Source: Octopus vulgaris
Taxonomy: Eukaryota
DNA length: 64,000 nucleotides
Reading direction: 5' to 3'
Assembly (NCBI GenBank): GCA_951406725.2
Contig: OX597817.1
Span: forward strand, 152,024,001 to 152,088,000
Shown here one piece after another: positions 54,501 to 63,505 of the stretch (position 1 is its first letter; each line of letters begins with the position of its first letter). A program made the position numbers and the translations under genes. The notes beneath the pieces are model-generated. The model saw only the letters and a program-made list of their open reading frames with translations. It did not search any database and was not told the origin of the DNA.

Positions 54501-54978
54501 AACCAGATATAATTTTCTTACTCCTCCCTCTATTGCAGATGTGATTCTGGTTTTCGGCGAGCAAGTTGTGAACCGTCTAAAATTGCTAAAAATGGTATAC
54601 AAGCTGATTTTGGGGCAACCTATAGTCCTGAAAATGACTTCAGAATCAAAGGTGGAGATACTGTGAGTGGTTATGAAGGATGTGGCACAATTCTGTCTGG
54701 AGAATCAATGTATTTCTACAAGGTATTTCCAAATTAGAGCAATTCAAAGCTGTATTTAATATTACTCTTTACTCTTTTACTTGTTTCAGTCATTTGACTG
54801 TGGCCATGGTGGAGCACTGCCTTTAGTCAAGCAAATCGACCCCAGGACTTAGTCTTTGTAAGCCTAGTACCTTTTTTTATCAGTCTCTTTTGCCAAACCA
54901 CTAAGTTACAGGGACGTAAACACACCACCATTGGTTGTCAAGCGATGAGGAGGGGGACACAAGCACAGACACACAAGC

Positions 54979-55010
<32 letters not shown>

Positions 55011-55316
55011 TTATATATAACAGGCCGCTTTCAGTTTCTGTCTACCAAATCCACTCACAAGGGTTTGGTTGGCCCGAGGCTATAGTAGAAGACACTTGCC
55101 CCAGGTGCCATGCAGTGGGAATGAACCCAGAACCATGTGGTTGGTAAGCAAGCTACTTACCACACAGCCAATGAATTGTTTGTGTTTGTGTATATTAAAG
55201 TGTACAGTATATTATAGTCCCATTACAGCTGAGCTTAGCAGTCCATTTCACACTAGATATTAATCCAGATGACTTATGGATTCTTAAGCACAAATACACA
55301 CACTCATACAATTATG

Positions 55317-55355
<39 letters not shown>

Positions 55356-58300
55356 ATCCCACCCATGCTAGCATGGAAGATGGACGTTAAACAAGGATGA
55401 TGATTTGTATATAGATATATGTATAAACAGCCATGAGCAATGTGTTACCATAAAGCAAAAATATAATTGTCACTAAATACAATTAAGGGTGGGAAGACGT
55501 CTATTCTGCTAGAAATAAAAGCTAAAATACCTCAATTTTGTTCCCTTGTAAACATTCCAGAAAAATGGACATTCTTTAATGAAATTTTCCACAAATAACT
55601 TTCAGATGGTTTACGTTACAATTACATAGAAATTTAGTGCAGAAAAAGGGGGAGGAATGGATATTTCATGCATCTCAACTTTGTTTACTCATCAAGACTT
55701 GTGATTGAAGTTTGTACTTGAAATACTCATTTATCAAAACTGCATTTTGATAAAAAATGTATAAAAACTGGAATTTACAAAAATTTTCCTGACAATCTAG
55801 AATGTAATAAATAAATAATAAATGCACCCTTTTAAAGCCTAGCCAGTTTCATGGGCCTGGTTTCCTGGTTTCAATGGCGTATGTGTTCCCCAGCTGGATG
55901 GGACACCAGTCCATCATAGCGTTACTTATTTTTGCCAGCTGAGTGGACTGGAGCAACGTGTTAAATGAAGTGTTTTGCTCAAGAACACAACGCGTCACCC
56001 AGTCCAGGAATCGAAACCACAATCTTACGATCCTGATGCTGACAGCCTAACCACTAAGCCATGCGTCTCCACTATAGAATGTAATAGTAAAAGTTATATA
56101 ATTCCAACTAATTAATAGGCAGCTTTGTTCATTATTGTACGGCTATTATATACTTAAGATATTATATTGTGCTATGGAATCTGGATGATGGTTATGTAAA
56201 TGTGTGTCTCTTTTGCTGATGTTTATCAATGATAGCTGTAAACACAGCTGAGAACTTTGCAAAAGCAGTACTTATGAATAAAATACATTGTGTGATATTT
56301 TTCCCACCCAAGCTATAACTCCAGGCTGAGTGTGTGTGTGTATGTGTGTTATCCCATCACTTGACAACCACTGTTGTAGAGGAGATATTAAAGAAAGTAG
56401 AGCTTTTAATTTATTAGAAGTTAACCTGCTGCAGACCAGTATCTTTCCCCTATAAATTTATTCTAGATTTATGTTGTTTAATCTAAGATTTGTTCTGACT
56501 GAGGTGACCTTTGATCAAAGGCATTCTGGTCACGACCATCCCGTTTTTCTCTTAGTTACTGTATATCTAAGACTACATATTGAACACATCCCTGTGCCAG
56601 TGGCACGTAAAAGGCACCATTCAAGTGTGATCGTTACCAGCATCACCTTACTGGCACCTGTGCCAGTGGCATGTATAAAAGATTCAAGCGAGATCATTGC
56701 CAGTACTGCCTGACTGGCATGTAAAAGCACCCACTACACTATTGGAGTGGTTGGTGTTAGGAAGGGCATCCAGCTGTGGAAACTCTGCCAGATCAAGATT
56801 GAAGCCTGGTGCAGCCATCTGGTTTGCCAGCCCTCAGTCAAAACCGTCCAACCCATGCTAGCATGGAAAGCAGACGTTAAACGATGATGATGATGATGCT
56901 GATCCTTTGTTCCCAAAACATATTAGTATACATTTTGGGAGTAATTTCACTGTTGTTTCTCGTAGACTGAGCAATAATGTAGAGACTTCCTTGTAGTTTC
57001 ATTTAGTTTGATGTCTTTAATACTGAACAGGACCTGGAACCTAGCAGCAGGTATTTAAAGGGAAATGCGACAAGACAGTCAGTCGCCTGCTGACACTCAA
57101 CGCTACATCGAAGAGGCCAGGGAACAGAAGAAAGACAGAGAAAGATGACATGCACTCAACACCAGAGCTGAAGACACCTCCGAAAGGGGGGAGGCACCAC
57201 ATCAAAACAGTAGAGGAGTAGGGGCCGAAACCAGACGTGGCTCCTCCTGATGATGTCTTGAGCTAACTGGATCCTATAAAAGGAGCTGTTGTGGTAGCAG
57301 ACCACGAAACATGGTTGAAATTCTTTTTCCGAGGAGAAATGAGCAAAGGTTTTCGAAGTACTTCATTGTACTGTTTTATGTTCAGGCTTTAACTTTGCTT
57401 TTCATCTTTGAGTGATAAAATGAAGTTCCAGACAAGCATTGTGTCAGTGTAGTTGGTCATATTCTTATGCAAAGGTTTGTGGCTTTGTATCTATGTCAAG
57501 GGGCAGTCAACCAGCAGAGTCACTACAGTGTCAGACAAATGCCTTGTGGTATTTGTTCAACTCTTTGCATTCTGTGTTCAAATCCCATTGAGGTCAATTT
57601 TCATTCTTCTATTGTTTGTAAAACAAAATACCAGTCAAGTTCTGAGACTGATCTTTCTCTCTCTCTCTCTCTCTCTCTCTCCTTTCTTCTCTCTGTTCCC
57701 TCTCTCTGTCTCTCTCTTCACCCCCTCTCTCTGTACCCCTCTCTCTCTCCCTCTCCACCCTCTCTATGACCCTCTCTCTTTGACACCCTCTGTCCCCTCC
57801 CTCTCTGTTCCCTCTCTCTGTCTTCCCTTCTCTCTCTGCCCCTTTCTTTCTCTTTCTCCTCTCTCTCTCTCTCTCTTTCTGTATTTGTATGTGTATACTA
57901 GCAGTATCGCCCGGCGTTGCTCGGGTTTGTAAGGGAAATAACTATATAAGCATTTTTAGAGAGTTACTTGCCTTATATAATAGCAAAAGAATGCATTAAA
58001 AATAGGAAAAAATGATGGTAAATTTTTTTTTTTAATCGTAGACTCATCCTAATACCCAGAAGGGCTTGATATGAATCACAACTATAAGATACCCACTTTT
58101 GGTTAAACTGCACCGCAAAATGTGGGAGTAGTTAGGAATCTTAATCGTAGGAGACAGACACTCACACAACTTCAGTTTTATATATAAAGATATGTGTGTG
58201 TATGTATGTGTGTATATGTGTGTGTGTGAACAACTCATGGTGTGCAACTGACAATGTTCCTTTCCACCAACACAACCACTTCCTGCCTATCCCATATAAG

Positions 58301-61300
58301 GAATGTGTTTCCAAGAGTTTGGCATATGATGTCTGATAACTGACTTTGTCAGAGATCAAAACTGTAAATCCAATTTGATATTAAACTTTGGAAACAGATT
58401 TCATTTGACTCAAAATCTGATGTTTGCAGTTAATATTTCCATTCATAATTTAGTCACCTCTTCAGTCCAGTTGTTTGTTTGTGTGTGGGGGGGGGGGGGG
58501 GTCAAGGTATACATGCTCCTCTCTCTCTCTCTCTCTCTCATATGCATATGCACTCTCTCTTATACACATGCACTCTCCCTCTCTCTCAGACATATGCATA
58601 TTCTCTCTTTCTCTCATACATGTGCACTCTCACATGCATGTGCACACATTCTCTCACAAGTACATGCAGGCTTCCACATAGTTTTCTATCTATCAAATTC
58701 ATTCATGAGGCTTTGGTTAGCCTGAGATTATAAAAGAAGACAAAGAAGACACTTGCCCGATGAGTGGCACAGTGGCACTGAACCCAAAACCATGTGGTCA
58801 CAAAGCAACCTTTATTACCACATGAAAGCCTGCACCTCTTTTACTCTTTTACTCGTTTCAGTCATTTGACTGTGGCCATGCTGGAGCACTGCCTTTAGTC
58901 GAGCAAATCGACCCCAGGACTTATTCTTTGGAAGCCTAGTACTTACTCTATCGATCTCTTCTGCCGAACTGCAAAGTTACGGGGACATAAACATACCACC
59001 ATCAGTTGTCAAGTGATGTTGGGGAGACAAATACAGACACACAAACATATACATAAATATATAAAATTTTAAATAATAAGGTTGAAAAATTGAATATTTA
59101 ATTAATATCAATTTAAGATCAGTGGTCTAGCATATTTTAAAATCTGGTGTTTGCTAAATTTTCTTGAGAACATTCCTTTCTTAGTGGTAAGACCATAGCG
59201 GATCTTCTTCTAGCATAATGGATATCCATTTACAAGTCATCCCTTTTATATGTATACATATATATATATATATACACACACACATATATATGACGGGCTT
59301 CTTTCAGTTTCTGTCTACAAAATCCACTCACAAGGCTTTGGTCGGCCCGAGGCTGTAGTAGAAGACACTTGCCCAAGGTGCCACGCATTGGGAATGAACC
59401 TATAACCATGTGGTTGGTAAGCAAGCTACTTACCACACAGCCACTTCTGCACATAGGTACAAACTTTAAAAGAAATGAAAACTATCAGATTTCTAACAAT
59501 TGTCCTTTTTATTTCTTAAAGGATGGAATCAGGGTACTGACAACTGATGACCTGTATACTTTAGATGATGACTACATCCAATTTTACATTCAAATTGGTG
59601 GCAATGGCAAGAACTGCAATGGTGCTAATGATCCAAAAGAAGGTATTTTGCTGCAGTATTCCACAAATGCAGGTATTTCTTGGAAGACACTTGAAGAACT
59701 TGTCTACAATGAATATCGAGAACCTAAGTAATTATTTCTTTATTATATTATAAAGTAATTATATCTTAGAAATCTGTGTTTTTCAAATTGATTGCTTGTT
59801 TTGAACTTTGCTTTTTTTTTTGTGGTTTTATGTTGTTATTGTGACAAAACTCTGGGTTAGTCTTGATAAGAGTAAAAGCATTCCAGCTGTGGCCATCACA
59901 TCCTTTAGATGTATCTGAAGGTGTCCTTTCCTTTTTAAAAAGATAGGCTATGATTAGAGGGTGAGTCATTTATTTCTGGCAGGTGAGATGACCCTGTTGT
60001 TGCTCCTTCACTGACCTATTGGAAATTTGGTTATAAAATGAGAGCTTTAGAGCAGTTGTAACCAAAGCCACAATCTGATTTCACCCTCTAAATAGAATCA
60101 CCAGAGGAGCCTTGTGTTTCTCAGCCAAGGTTCACATGTTTTCATTAAAATTTATGTGCAACAAATAGGTTATACTTCTACAACACAAAATATTTTAACT
60201 ATTCTTTTATTGGCACTTGTGCCCGTGCTAGTTGAGTGCTAAGCGCACCATCCAAGTGTGATCGTTGCCAGAGCGACCAACTGGCTTCCGTGCTGGTGGC
60301 ACGTAAAAGGGCACCATTCGAGCATGATCGTTACCAGCGTCGCCTTATTGGCACCTGTGCTGGTGGCATGTGTAAAAAGATTTGAGCGAGGTCATTACCA
60401 GTACCGCCTGACTGGCTCCCATGCCGGTGGCATGTAAAAAGCACCCACTACACTCTCGGAGTGGTTGGCGTTAGGAAGGGCATCCAGCTGTAGAAACGCT
60501 GCCAGATCAAGCTTGGAGCCTGGTGCAGCCATCTGGTTCGCCAGCCCTCAGTCAAAATCGTCCAACCCATGCTAGCATGGAAAGCGGACGTTAAACGATG
60601 ATGACAATGATGATGACAAACCCTTGACATCCAACTTCAATTGGAACCTTTCGCTAATCTGATATTTTCACTCATATCAGTGGGGTCAGCCGATGCACAT
60701 TGATGCTGTCAAGAAGTAGGACCTGAAACAGTGCACATTCTCTCCTGATGATTCCATATACTTCCTGGCTTCCAGTATGTGGAGTTCACAACTGGTAGCA
60801 CTTGCATGTGCAAGTTGTTTGCAAAACACCTAATAATATTTAATTATAAAAACATAACATGGATTTTTTAAACTTCAAATGGTTATGAGACTCCATCTGA
60901 GTGAAAGAGAAATTCAAAGGGGCCCACAGGGGAAAAAATGGTTCAGAACCATTACACTAAATGGTCACTTGACCTGCTAAATATTGCAGCCAAATCTCCC
61001 TTTAATCACACCACTAAATCTTATATAAAAGCACATAATGGCGGTGCCCCAGCAAATGGTGGTGCCCCAGCATGGCCACAGCTCATTAGCTGAAACTGGA
61101 AAAATCAAATTAAATTATGTACTCTTTCATAACTCTAAAAAGTTGGTATGGTTATGGCTTCAATCAAGGTTGACTGCTATTGCATGAAACCCACAAGTTG
61201 TCTTCCTAGAATTTCAGTGGGGTAGCAAGGGGGTGCGGCAGTGTGGTGGGTGCAAGGCAGGTGCTGTTTGATTTTCCATGTAAAACAAGAGCCTGGGTGT

Positions 61301-63505
61301 CTCAGTATTAGACTACTGTGATTCTGGTATTTATGTAGTCAAGACTTTGTATAAATAACTGCTTTTGGAGATATCTTTTACGTGGCAGGAAATAATATTC
61401 TTCCTAATTCCTAATTAAGATTTCAACATTTCAGAAAGTATTATCATTTACTGGCGCCACCAAAGACTGAAGCCAGGGTTCATTTAGTTATTCCACATTA
61501 CTGATATCACCATCGACATTAATTCTTCCTGGCACTCTGTCAGTTATGATGACAAGTGTTCCAGTTAATCCAATCAATAGAACAGCCTGCTCATGAAATT
61601 AATGTGCAAGTTATTAAGCATTCCACAAACATGTGTACCCTTAACACAGTTCTCATCGAGATTCAGCCTGACACAGAATAGGACTAAGCTGACCCTTAGA
61701 ATTACACATACAACTCATTTTCACCAGCTGATTGGACTGGTGCAATGAGAAATAAAGTGTGTTACTCAAGGGCATAATACACAACCAGGAATTGAACTCA
61801 CGACCTTATGTCTGTGAGCCTAATACACCTAACCACTAAGCCATGTGCCTTCACTTCAACATTAATTATCTGTTATCCTATGTTGGTGTAAGTTGGATAA
61901 GTTTATAGCCAAACATATTTCCATACCTTCCATTTCTGAAACTCAAAGTTCTCAAATCTGATTGTCCCCAATCTATTCAGGTCTTCCTTTAGTCTGTCTT
62001 CACAATATGTACCATACACCACTAACTCAAACACACCCAACCCATTTCCATTCTCTGTAGAAATCTATAATTTAACGTGCCACATTCTTAGATATTGATT
62101 TGTATCTAAGAATATGGCACTCCAAATTATAGATTTCTACGGAGAAAATTATATTTTCACTTAAAATATACACAAAATAATGTTGAAATTGAAGTCGTGT
62201 GTCCTTTTCAATTCCAACAGCAACTCGAATGATTCATTTACTAAATTTATATTTTATCATTATGACTAACATAAACTGGTACCATGCCAAAATTAAATTC
62301 CTTCCATTTACTGCATCGAAACCAACTTTCTATAGTTGCACTGGACTAATATTCTGAAACTAACAGAATATGAAATTGAAATAAAATTATATTATTCCTA
62401 GAAATTTCATATTACTTCTAATCCTGTCTGTGAAAAACCAAGATTAATTTATATTATGGAGAGAAAAAGTGTCCAAGAAAACTAATGGTAGTAATCTACC
62501 TCATGAAGTTCATGGAATAAGGTTAGTTTGTATGCCATAAGAATTCAACATTCCAAGATTAACACTTCATCTGAGAAAGAAAAATAAATAAAATTTTAAG
62601 TTTTAGATGTTTTCTCACTCTCAGACATTCCTCAAACATCAGATTCTACTTCTTCCTATGGCATACAAATTATCCAAGCTCACAAAGAATACTAGGAAAA
62701 TTGGCTCCTGTGCCGGTGGTACATAGAACGCACCATCCAAATGTGGCCAATGCCAGTAGCCCCTGACTTCCCCCCCCCATGCCAGTGGCACGTAAAACGC
62801 ACTATCCAAACATGATCGATGCCAGGCCTGCTTGACTGGCTCTTGTGCCAGTGACATGTAAAAAGCACCCACTACACTCTCAGGGTTGTTGGCATTAGGA
62901 AGGGCATCCAGCTCTAGAAACATAACCAGATCAGAGTGGAGCCTGGCACAGCTGCTGGCTTTCCAGACCTCAGTCAAACCATCCAACCCATGCCAGCATG
63001 GAAAGCAGATATTGATGATGATGCTACTGAGGGTGGTGGTGGTTTTATTTATGACTAGAAATATACATCAGTCATTGGAAGTTTTATTAAAAATGTAACT
63101 TGTTTACCATAAAATTATCAGGTAATGTCAGAATCTGAAATCTCTTGAGGACTTTCCAATGAAATGCTTTACTTGAAATGTCAATTTTCGAAGTTTCTGA
63201 CCATTACTTGATACAGAATGGTACCATATCCACAGTGTTTACTCAATTCCTTACAAACTAGTGTCAAGCCCATTAAACTGTAGGTGTGTATTAAAGAACA
63301 TCTTGATATAACTTCAAAATATACAATCTTCTTGTATTTCTATAGGTTTGTACATGTCAGGTTACCCAAAGAGGCCAAGACTGACAGTACACGTTTCCGC
63401 TGGTGGCAACCAATGCATTCAGGAAAAGGTACTGATCAGTGGGCAGTAGATGGTATTTACATTGGGTTCTATGAAAAGTTAACCACTCTACAAGATAACT
63501 TCAAC
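4444..63505 (+). CDS. RELN: Reelin-like gene, internal part: 13 exons joined (4444-4556, 9099-9319, 17745-17873, 18639-18745, 26166-26229, 31363-31596, 35891-36052, 37815-38054, 47825-48124, 49761-49898, 54539-54722, 59522-59727, 63346-63505); 5' and 3' partial
   Basis: Manual splicing at GT/AG sites gives one uninterrupted frame (2258 nt). It contains BNR/Asp-box motifs ([36 protein letters not shown]), RFRW...WA(L/V)D motifs and two EGF modules between A and B subrepeats. The order matches vertebrate reelin as I recall it (e.g. [53 protein letters not shown]). Confidence 0.96.
6825..7452. mobile_element. piggyBac-like MITE interrupted by an RTE 3' UTR (6838-7260)
   Basis: TTAA|CCCTT ... 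AAGGG|TTAA ends; imperfect TIRs. Confidence 0.6.
9099..9319 (+). CDS. RELN: reelin exon B (0/2): [24 protein letters not shown]...DVWAIDSV...[19 protein letters not shown]
   Basis: aaacag| acceptor, AG|gtaagt donor, WAID and QFSLN..CG motifs. Confidence 0.93.
10155..10472 (+). mobile_element. 3' end of a second LINE family (RTE-like 3' UTR) inserted in a SINE tail
   Basis: Interrupts the SINE tail between cagtcattagact and gtggcc; carries caagggcatgctccctgtagaaa (related to the family above) and ends in gatgatgat. Confidence 0.5.
10691..11040 (-). mobile_element. non-autonomous Helitron (350 bp)
   Basis: On the minus strand: A|TC start, subterminal hairpin cccgagcaacgccggg, CTAG|T end; no TSD. 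Confidence 0.85.
11110..12928 (-). mobile_element. ~1.8-kb non-autonomous Helitron-like element
   Basis: Minus strand starts A|TCTCTTATTATAAAAGGCAG and ends ...cgcaaccgggaccactctgcgataCAAG|T with a GC-rich stem; retains many more CpGs than the flanks. Confidence 0.6.
13553..13895 (-). mobile_element. CR1-type LINE 3' end (a decayed + copy of the tail lies at ~9960-10060)
   Basis: Minus strand encodes [34 protein letters not shown] (CR1 ORF2 C-terminal TRGH...FF..RV...WN.LP pattern), followed by gtggtgcacctgagcactgtatacaataatttc(att)n. Confidence 0.82.
14059..14350 (+). mobile_element. tRNA-derived SINE family D
   Basis: A box TGGCCTAGTGG, B box GGTTCGAAT; matches 18829-19137 in reverse. Confidence 0.85.
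14750..15212. repeat. palindrome of two SINE-A 3' halves joined at a (TA)n/(CA)n microsatellite
   Basis: A minus-strand 3' half is followed directly by a plus-strand 3' half; centre near 14998. Confidence 0.85.
16324..16551 (+). mobile_element. SINE family B nested in a family A SINE
   Basis: 16-bp TSD ggaaactgaaagaagc at 16308-16323 and 16552-16567. Confidence 0.88.
17745..17873 (+). CDS. RELN: reelin exon C (2/2): [43 protein letters not shown]
   Basis: ttacag| acceptor, CT|gtaagt donor, Asp-box STDHGLTW. Not shown in its coding frame in the ORF track. Confidence 0.95.
18050..18290. repeat. degenerate (AAT)n trinucleotide tract
   Basis: Read directly from the sequence. Confidence 0.93.
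18639..18745 (+). CDS. RELN: reelin exon D (2/1): [35 protein letters not shown]
   Basis: tttcag| acceptor, G|gtaagt donor, W.R.T.PLP / RFRW / WALD motifs. Confidence 0.95.
18829..19137 (-). mobile_element. tRNA-derived SINE family D with 12-bp TSD (near-identical + copy at 14059-14350)
   Basis: Head ggaggcacatggcctagtggttagagc...gggttcgaatc; TSD agttgatcagat at 18817-18828 and 19138-19149. Related heads at ~32667, 40969, 51530, 55810-56075 (-), 61500-61855 (-). Confidence 0.85.
22137..22668 (-). mobile_element. decayed non-autonomous Helitron
   Basis: a|CTAG followed by a degenerate hairpin (acctgtcattgactgggt) at the left end; ...ttctataga|t at the right end. Confidence 0.55.
22938..22986. 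repeat. (TA)n microsatellite; others at ~25677-25730, 40255-40292, 43742-43787, 51389-51519
   Basis: Read directly from the sequence. Confidence 0.95.
23829..24660 (-). mobile_element. RTE-type LINE 3' portion: ORF C-terminus + 3' UTR + (GAT)n tail
   Basis: Minus strand reads LHGSETW...[11 protein letters not shown]...GRLRKTW and runs directly into the hairpin array and the AGGAAGGGCATCCAGCTGTAGAAA...GACGTTAAA(C/T)GATGATG end shared by many copies in the window. Confidence 0.88.
24865..25677. mobile_element. long foldback (inverted arms 24865-25235 / 25236-25569), probable decayed Penelope inverted pLTR in (TA)n
   Basis: Arms are reverse complements centred on ...agatatttatgaatatct; each arm has ccCTGAAGAG..ta.cccc.tatagtta; flanked by (TA)n on both sides. 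Confidence 0.65.
26166..26229 (+). CDS. RELN: reelin exon E (1/2): [22 protein letters not shown] (first part of EGF1)
   Basis: ttttctaaaag| acceptor, GA|gtaagt donor, CPxxCxxHGxC EGF pattern; phases match both neighbours. Confidence 0.94.
26757..27171 (-). mobile_element. SINE family A, minus copy. Others: ~465-1035, 43322-43712, 53833-54215, 54763-55171, 58838-59452
   Basis: Reverse complement of the family A consensus. Confidence 0.88.
31363..31596 (+). CDS. RELN: reelin exon F (2/2): [10 protein letters not shown]...[31 protein letters not shown]
   Basis: ttttccacag| acceptor, AG|gtttca donor (weak), end of EGF1 and start of subrepeat 1B. Confidence 0.95.
32954..33470 (-). mobile_element. 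RTE LINE 3' UTR copy. Other - copies: ~3073-3275, 4748-5100, 7885-8160, 24664-24850, 28828-29255, 30522-30870, 36945-37285, 46260-46520, 52880-53066
   Basis: Reverse complement of the same element; starts with (CAT)n on the + strand. Confidence 0.85.
34374..34777 (+). mobile_element. tRNA-derived SINE family A (CORE-like, internal (TA)n/(TG)n). Other + copies: ~3709-4098, 8342-8670, 15233-15625, 27243-27640, 32226-32632, 39432-39810, 39843-40255, 41533-41985
   Basis: A box TGGCTGTGTGG and B box GGTTCAGTCCC; gcaccttgggcaagtgtctt resembles the MIR/CORE domain (from memory; probably one of the octopus OK/OR SINEs); tail ...cagtcaaatgactgaaacaagtaaaagag. Confidence 0.88.
35201..35610. repeat. 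compound tetranucleotide microsatellite (AGAT/AGGT/TGAT)n
   Basis: Read directly from the sequence. Confidence 0.95.
35891..36052 (+). CDS. RELN: reelin exon G (2/2): [54 protein letters not shown]
   Basis: gtttcag| acceptor, CA|gtaaat donor, FLQF and Asp-box motifs. Confidence 0.95.
37815..38054 (+). CDS. RELN: reelin exon H (2/2): [37 protein letters not shown]...YCDMPKPIG
   Basis: tttttctag| acceptor, GG|gtaatt donor, RFRWYQP / WALDD motifs. Confidence 0.95.
38415..39218 (+). mobile_element. RTE-type LINE reverse transcriptase fragment (pseudogenised) with PHD-like finger
   Basis: [12 protein letters not shown]...LLYADDLVL...[12 protein letters not shown]...F.YLG...RI..AW.KFR; frameshift near 38990, then LHGSETW...[11 protein letters not shown]; in-frame stop near 39060. 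Confidence 0.92.
40994..41195. mobile_element. hAT (Charlie-like) MITE, 202 bp, inserted in a SINE head
   Basis: TIRs CAGTGCTTTTCAA / TTGAAAACCACTG; exact 8-bp TSD ggttagag at 40986-40993 and 41196-41203. Confidence 0.92.
47825..48124 (+). CDS. RELN: reelin exon I (2/2): [35 protein letters not shown]...YSIDHGLTW...[13 protein letters not shown]
   Basis: tttttag| acceptor, TG|gtaagt donor, subrepeat 2A motifs. Confidence 0.96.
49345..49460 (+). mobile_element. short RTE ORF fragment
   Basis: Near-copy of 38955-39070 (ctactagaataagaatagc...gagtaaaaggtagact). Confidence 0.8.
49761..49898 (+). CDS. RELN: reelin exon J (2/2): [46 protein letters not shown]
   Basis: tttccag| acceptor, AG|gtgagt donor, start of EGF2. 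Confidence 0.96.
52229..52459 (+). mobile_element. SINE family B, full length with 17-bp TSD. Other copies: 16324-16551, ~28020-28680 (-), 36360-36910 (-), 42315-42835, 44342-44890 and many decayed ones
   Basis: TSD ggtatcagcagtagtaa at 52212-52228 and 52460-52476; A/B-box-like TGGCAGAAACG..AG / GAGTTCAAATTC; central gtcgactttgcctttcatcctttcggggtcgataaattaagtacc resembles, from memory, a Meta/LF-SINE-type conserved domain. Confidence 0.85.
53384..53661. mobile_element. Penelope-like element fragment: inverted pseudo-LTR with two hammerhead motifs and a 13-bp TSD
   Basis: ~115-bp inverted arms (53380-53494 / 53502-53616); TSD tattttgtccatt at 53371-53383 and 53662-53674; inserted in a decayed family B SINE. 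Confidence 0.8.
53426..53471 (-). ncRNA. minimal type I hammerhead ribozyme motif (Penelope-associated)
   Basis: Minus strand gactc-CTGATGA-a-ggctg(gagggtatat)cagcc-GAAA-cg-TT-gtgtt: intact core, 5-bp stem II, palindromic AACGTT stem III, stem I with one mismatch. Confidence 0.75.
54539..54722 (+). CDS. RELN: reelin exon K (2/0): [12 protein letters not shown]...[15 protein letters not shown]
   Basis: tattgcag| acceptor, AAG|gtattt donor, end of EGF2 and GCG..SG...F motif. Confidence 0.94.
57652..57880. repeat. CT-rich low-complexity polypyrimidine tract
   Basis: Read directly from the sequence. Confidence 0.9.
57898..58190 (-). mobile_element. non-autonomous Helitron (293 bp)
   Basis: A|TC...CTAG|T with the same 33-nt 3' terminus as 10691-11040. 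Confidence 0.85.
59522..59727 (+). CDS. RELN: reelin exon L (0/2): [11 protein letters not shown]...IQFYIQIGG...[30 protein letters not shown]
   Basis: ttcttaaag| acceptor, AA|gtaatt donor, subrepeat 2B motifs. Confidence 0.95.
60208..60616 (+). mobile_element. RTE LINE 3' UTR copy with a 4-unit hairpin array
   Basis: Repeated GTGCC/T-GGT-GGCAC-GTAAAAAGCACC units of ~62-67 nt followed by the common 3' end. Confidence 0.85.
62051..62146. repeat. isolated 96-nt hairpin (44-bp stem, 8-nt loop)
   Basis: ttctctgtagaaatctataatttaacgtgccacattcttagata / tatctaagaatatggcactccaaattatagatttctacggagaa: 39 of 44 positions Watson-Crick complementary. Confidence 0.9.
63346..63505 (+). CDS. RELN: reelin exon M (2/0): [53 protein letters not shown]
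   Basis: tttctatag| acceptor, AAC|gtaagt donor, TRFRWWQP / DQWAVD motifs. Confidence 0.96.

Noticed and set aside
59065-59246. Hammerhead motif in the insert within the SINE (TA)n
   Set aside because: Only ctagaagaagatc...ggtc on the minus strand; no GAAA core or stem III, so not supportable.
59965-59990. Second ratchet-point candidate tttatttctggcAG|GTGAGA
   Set aside because: Resembles a decayed copy of a dispersed gctgctatttctagcag repeat (cf. ~390, 11326, 52630), and the donor is weaker.
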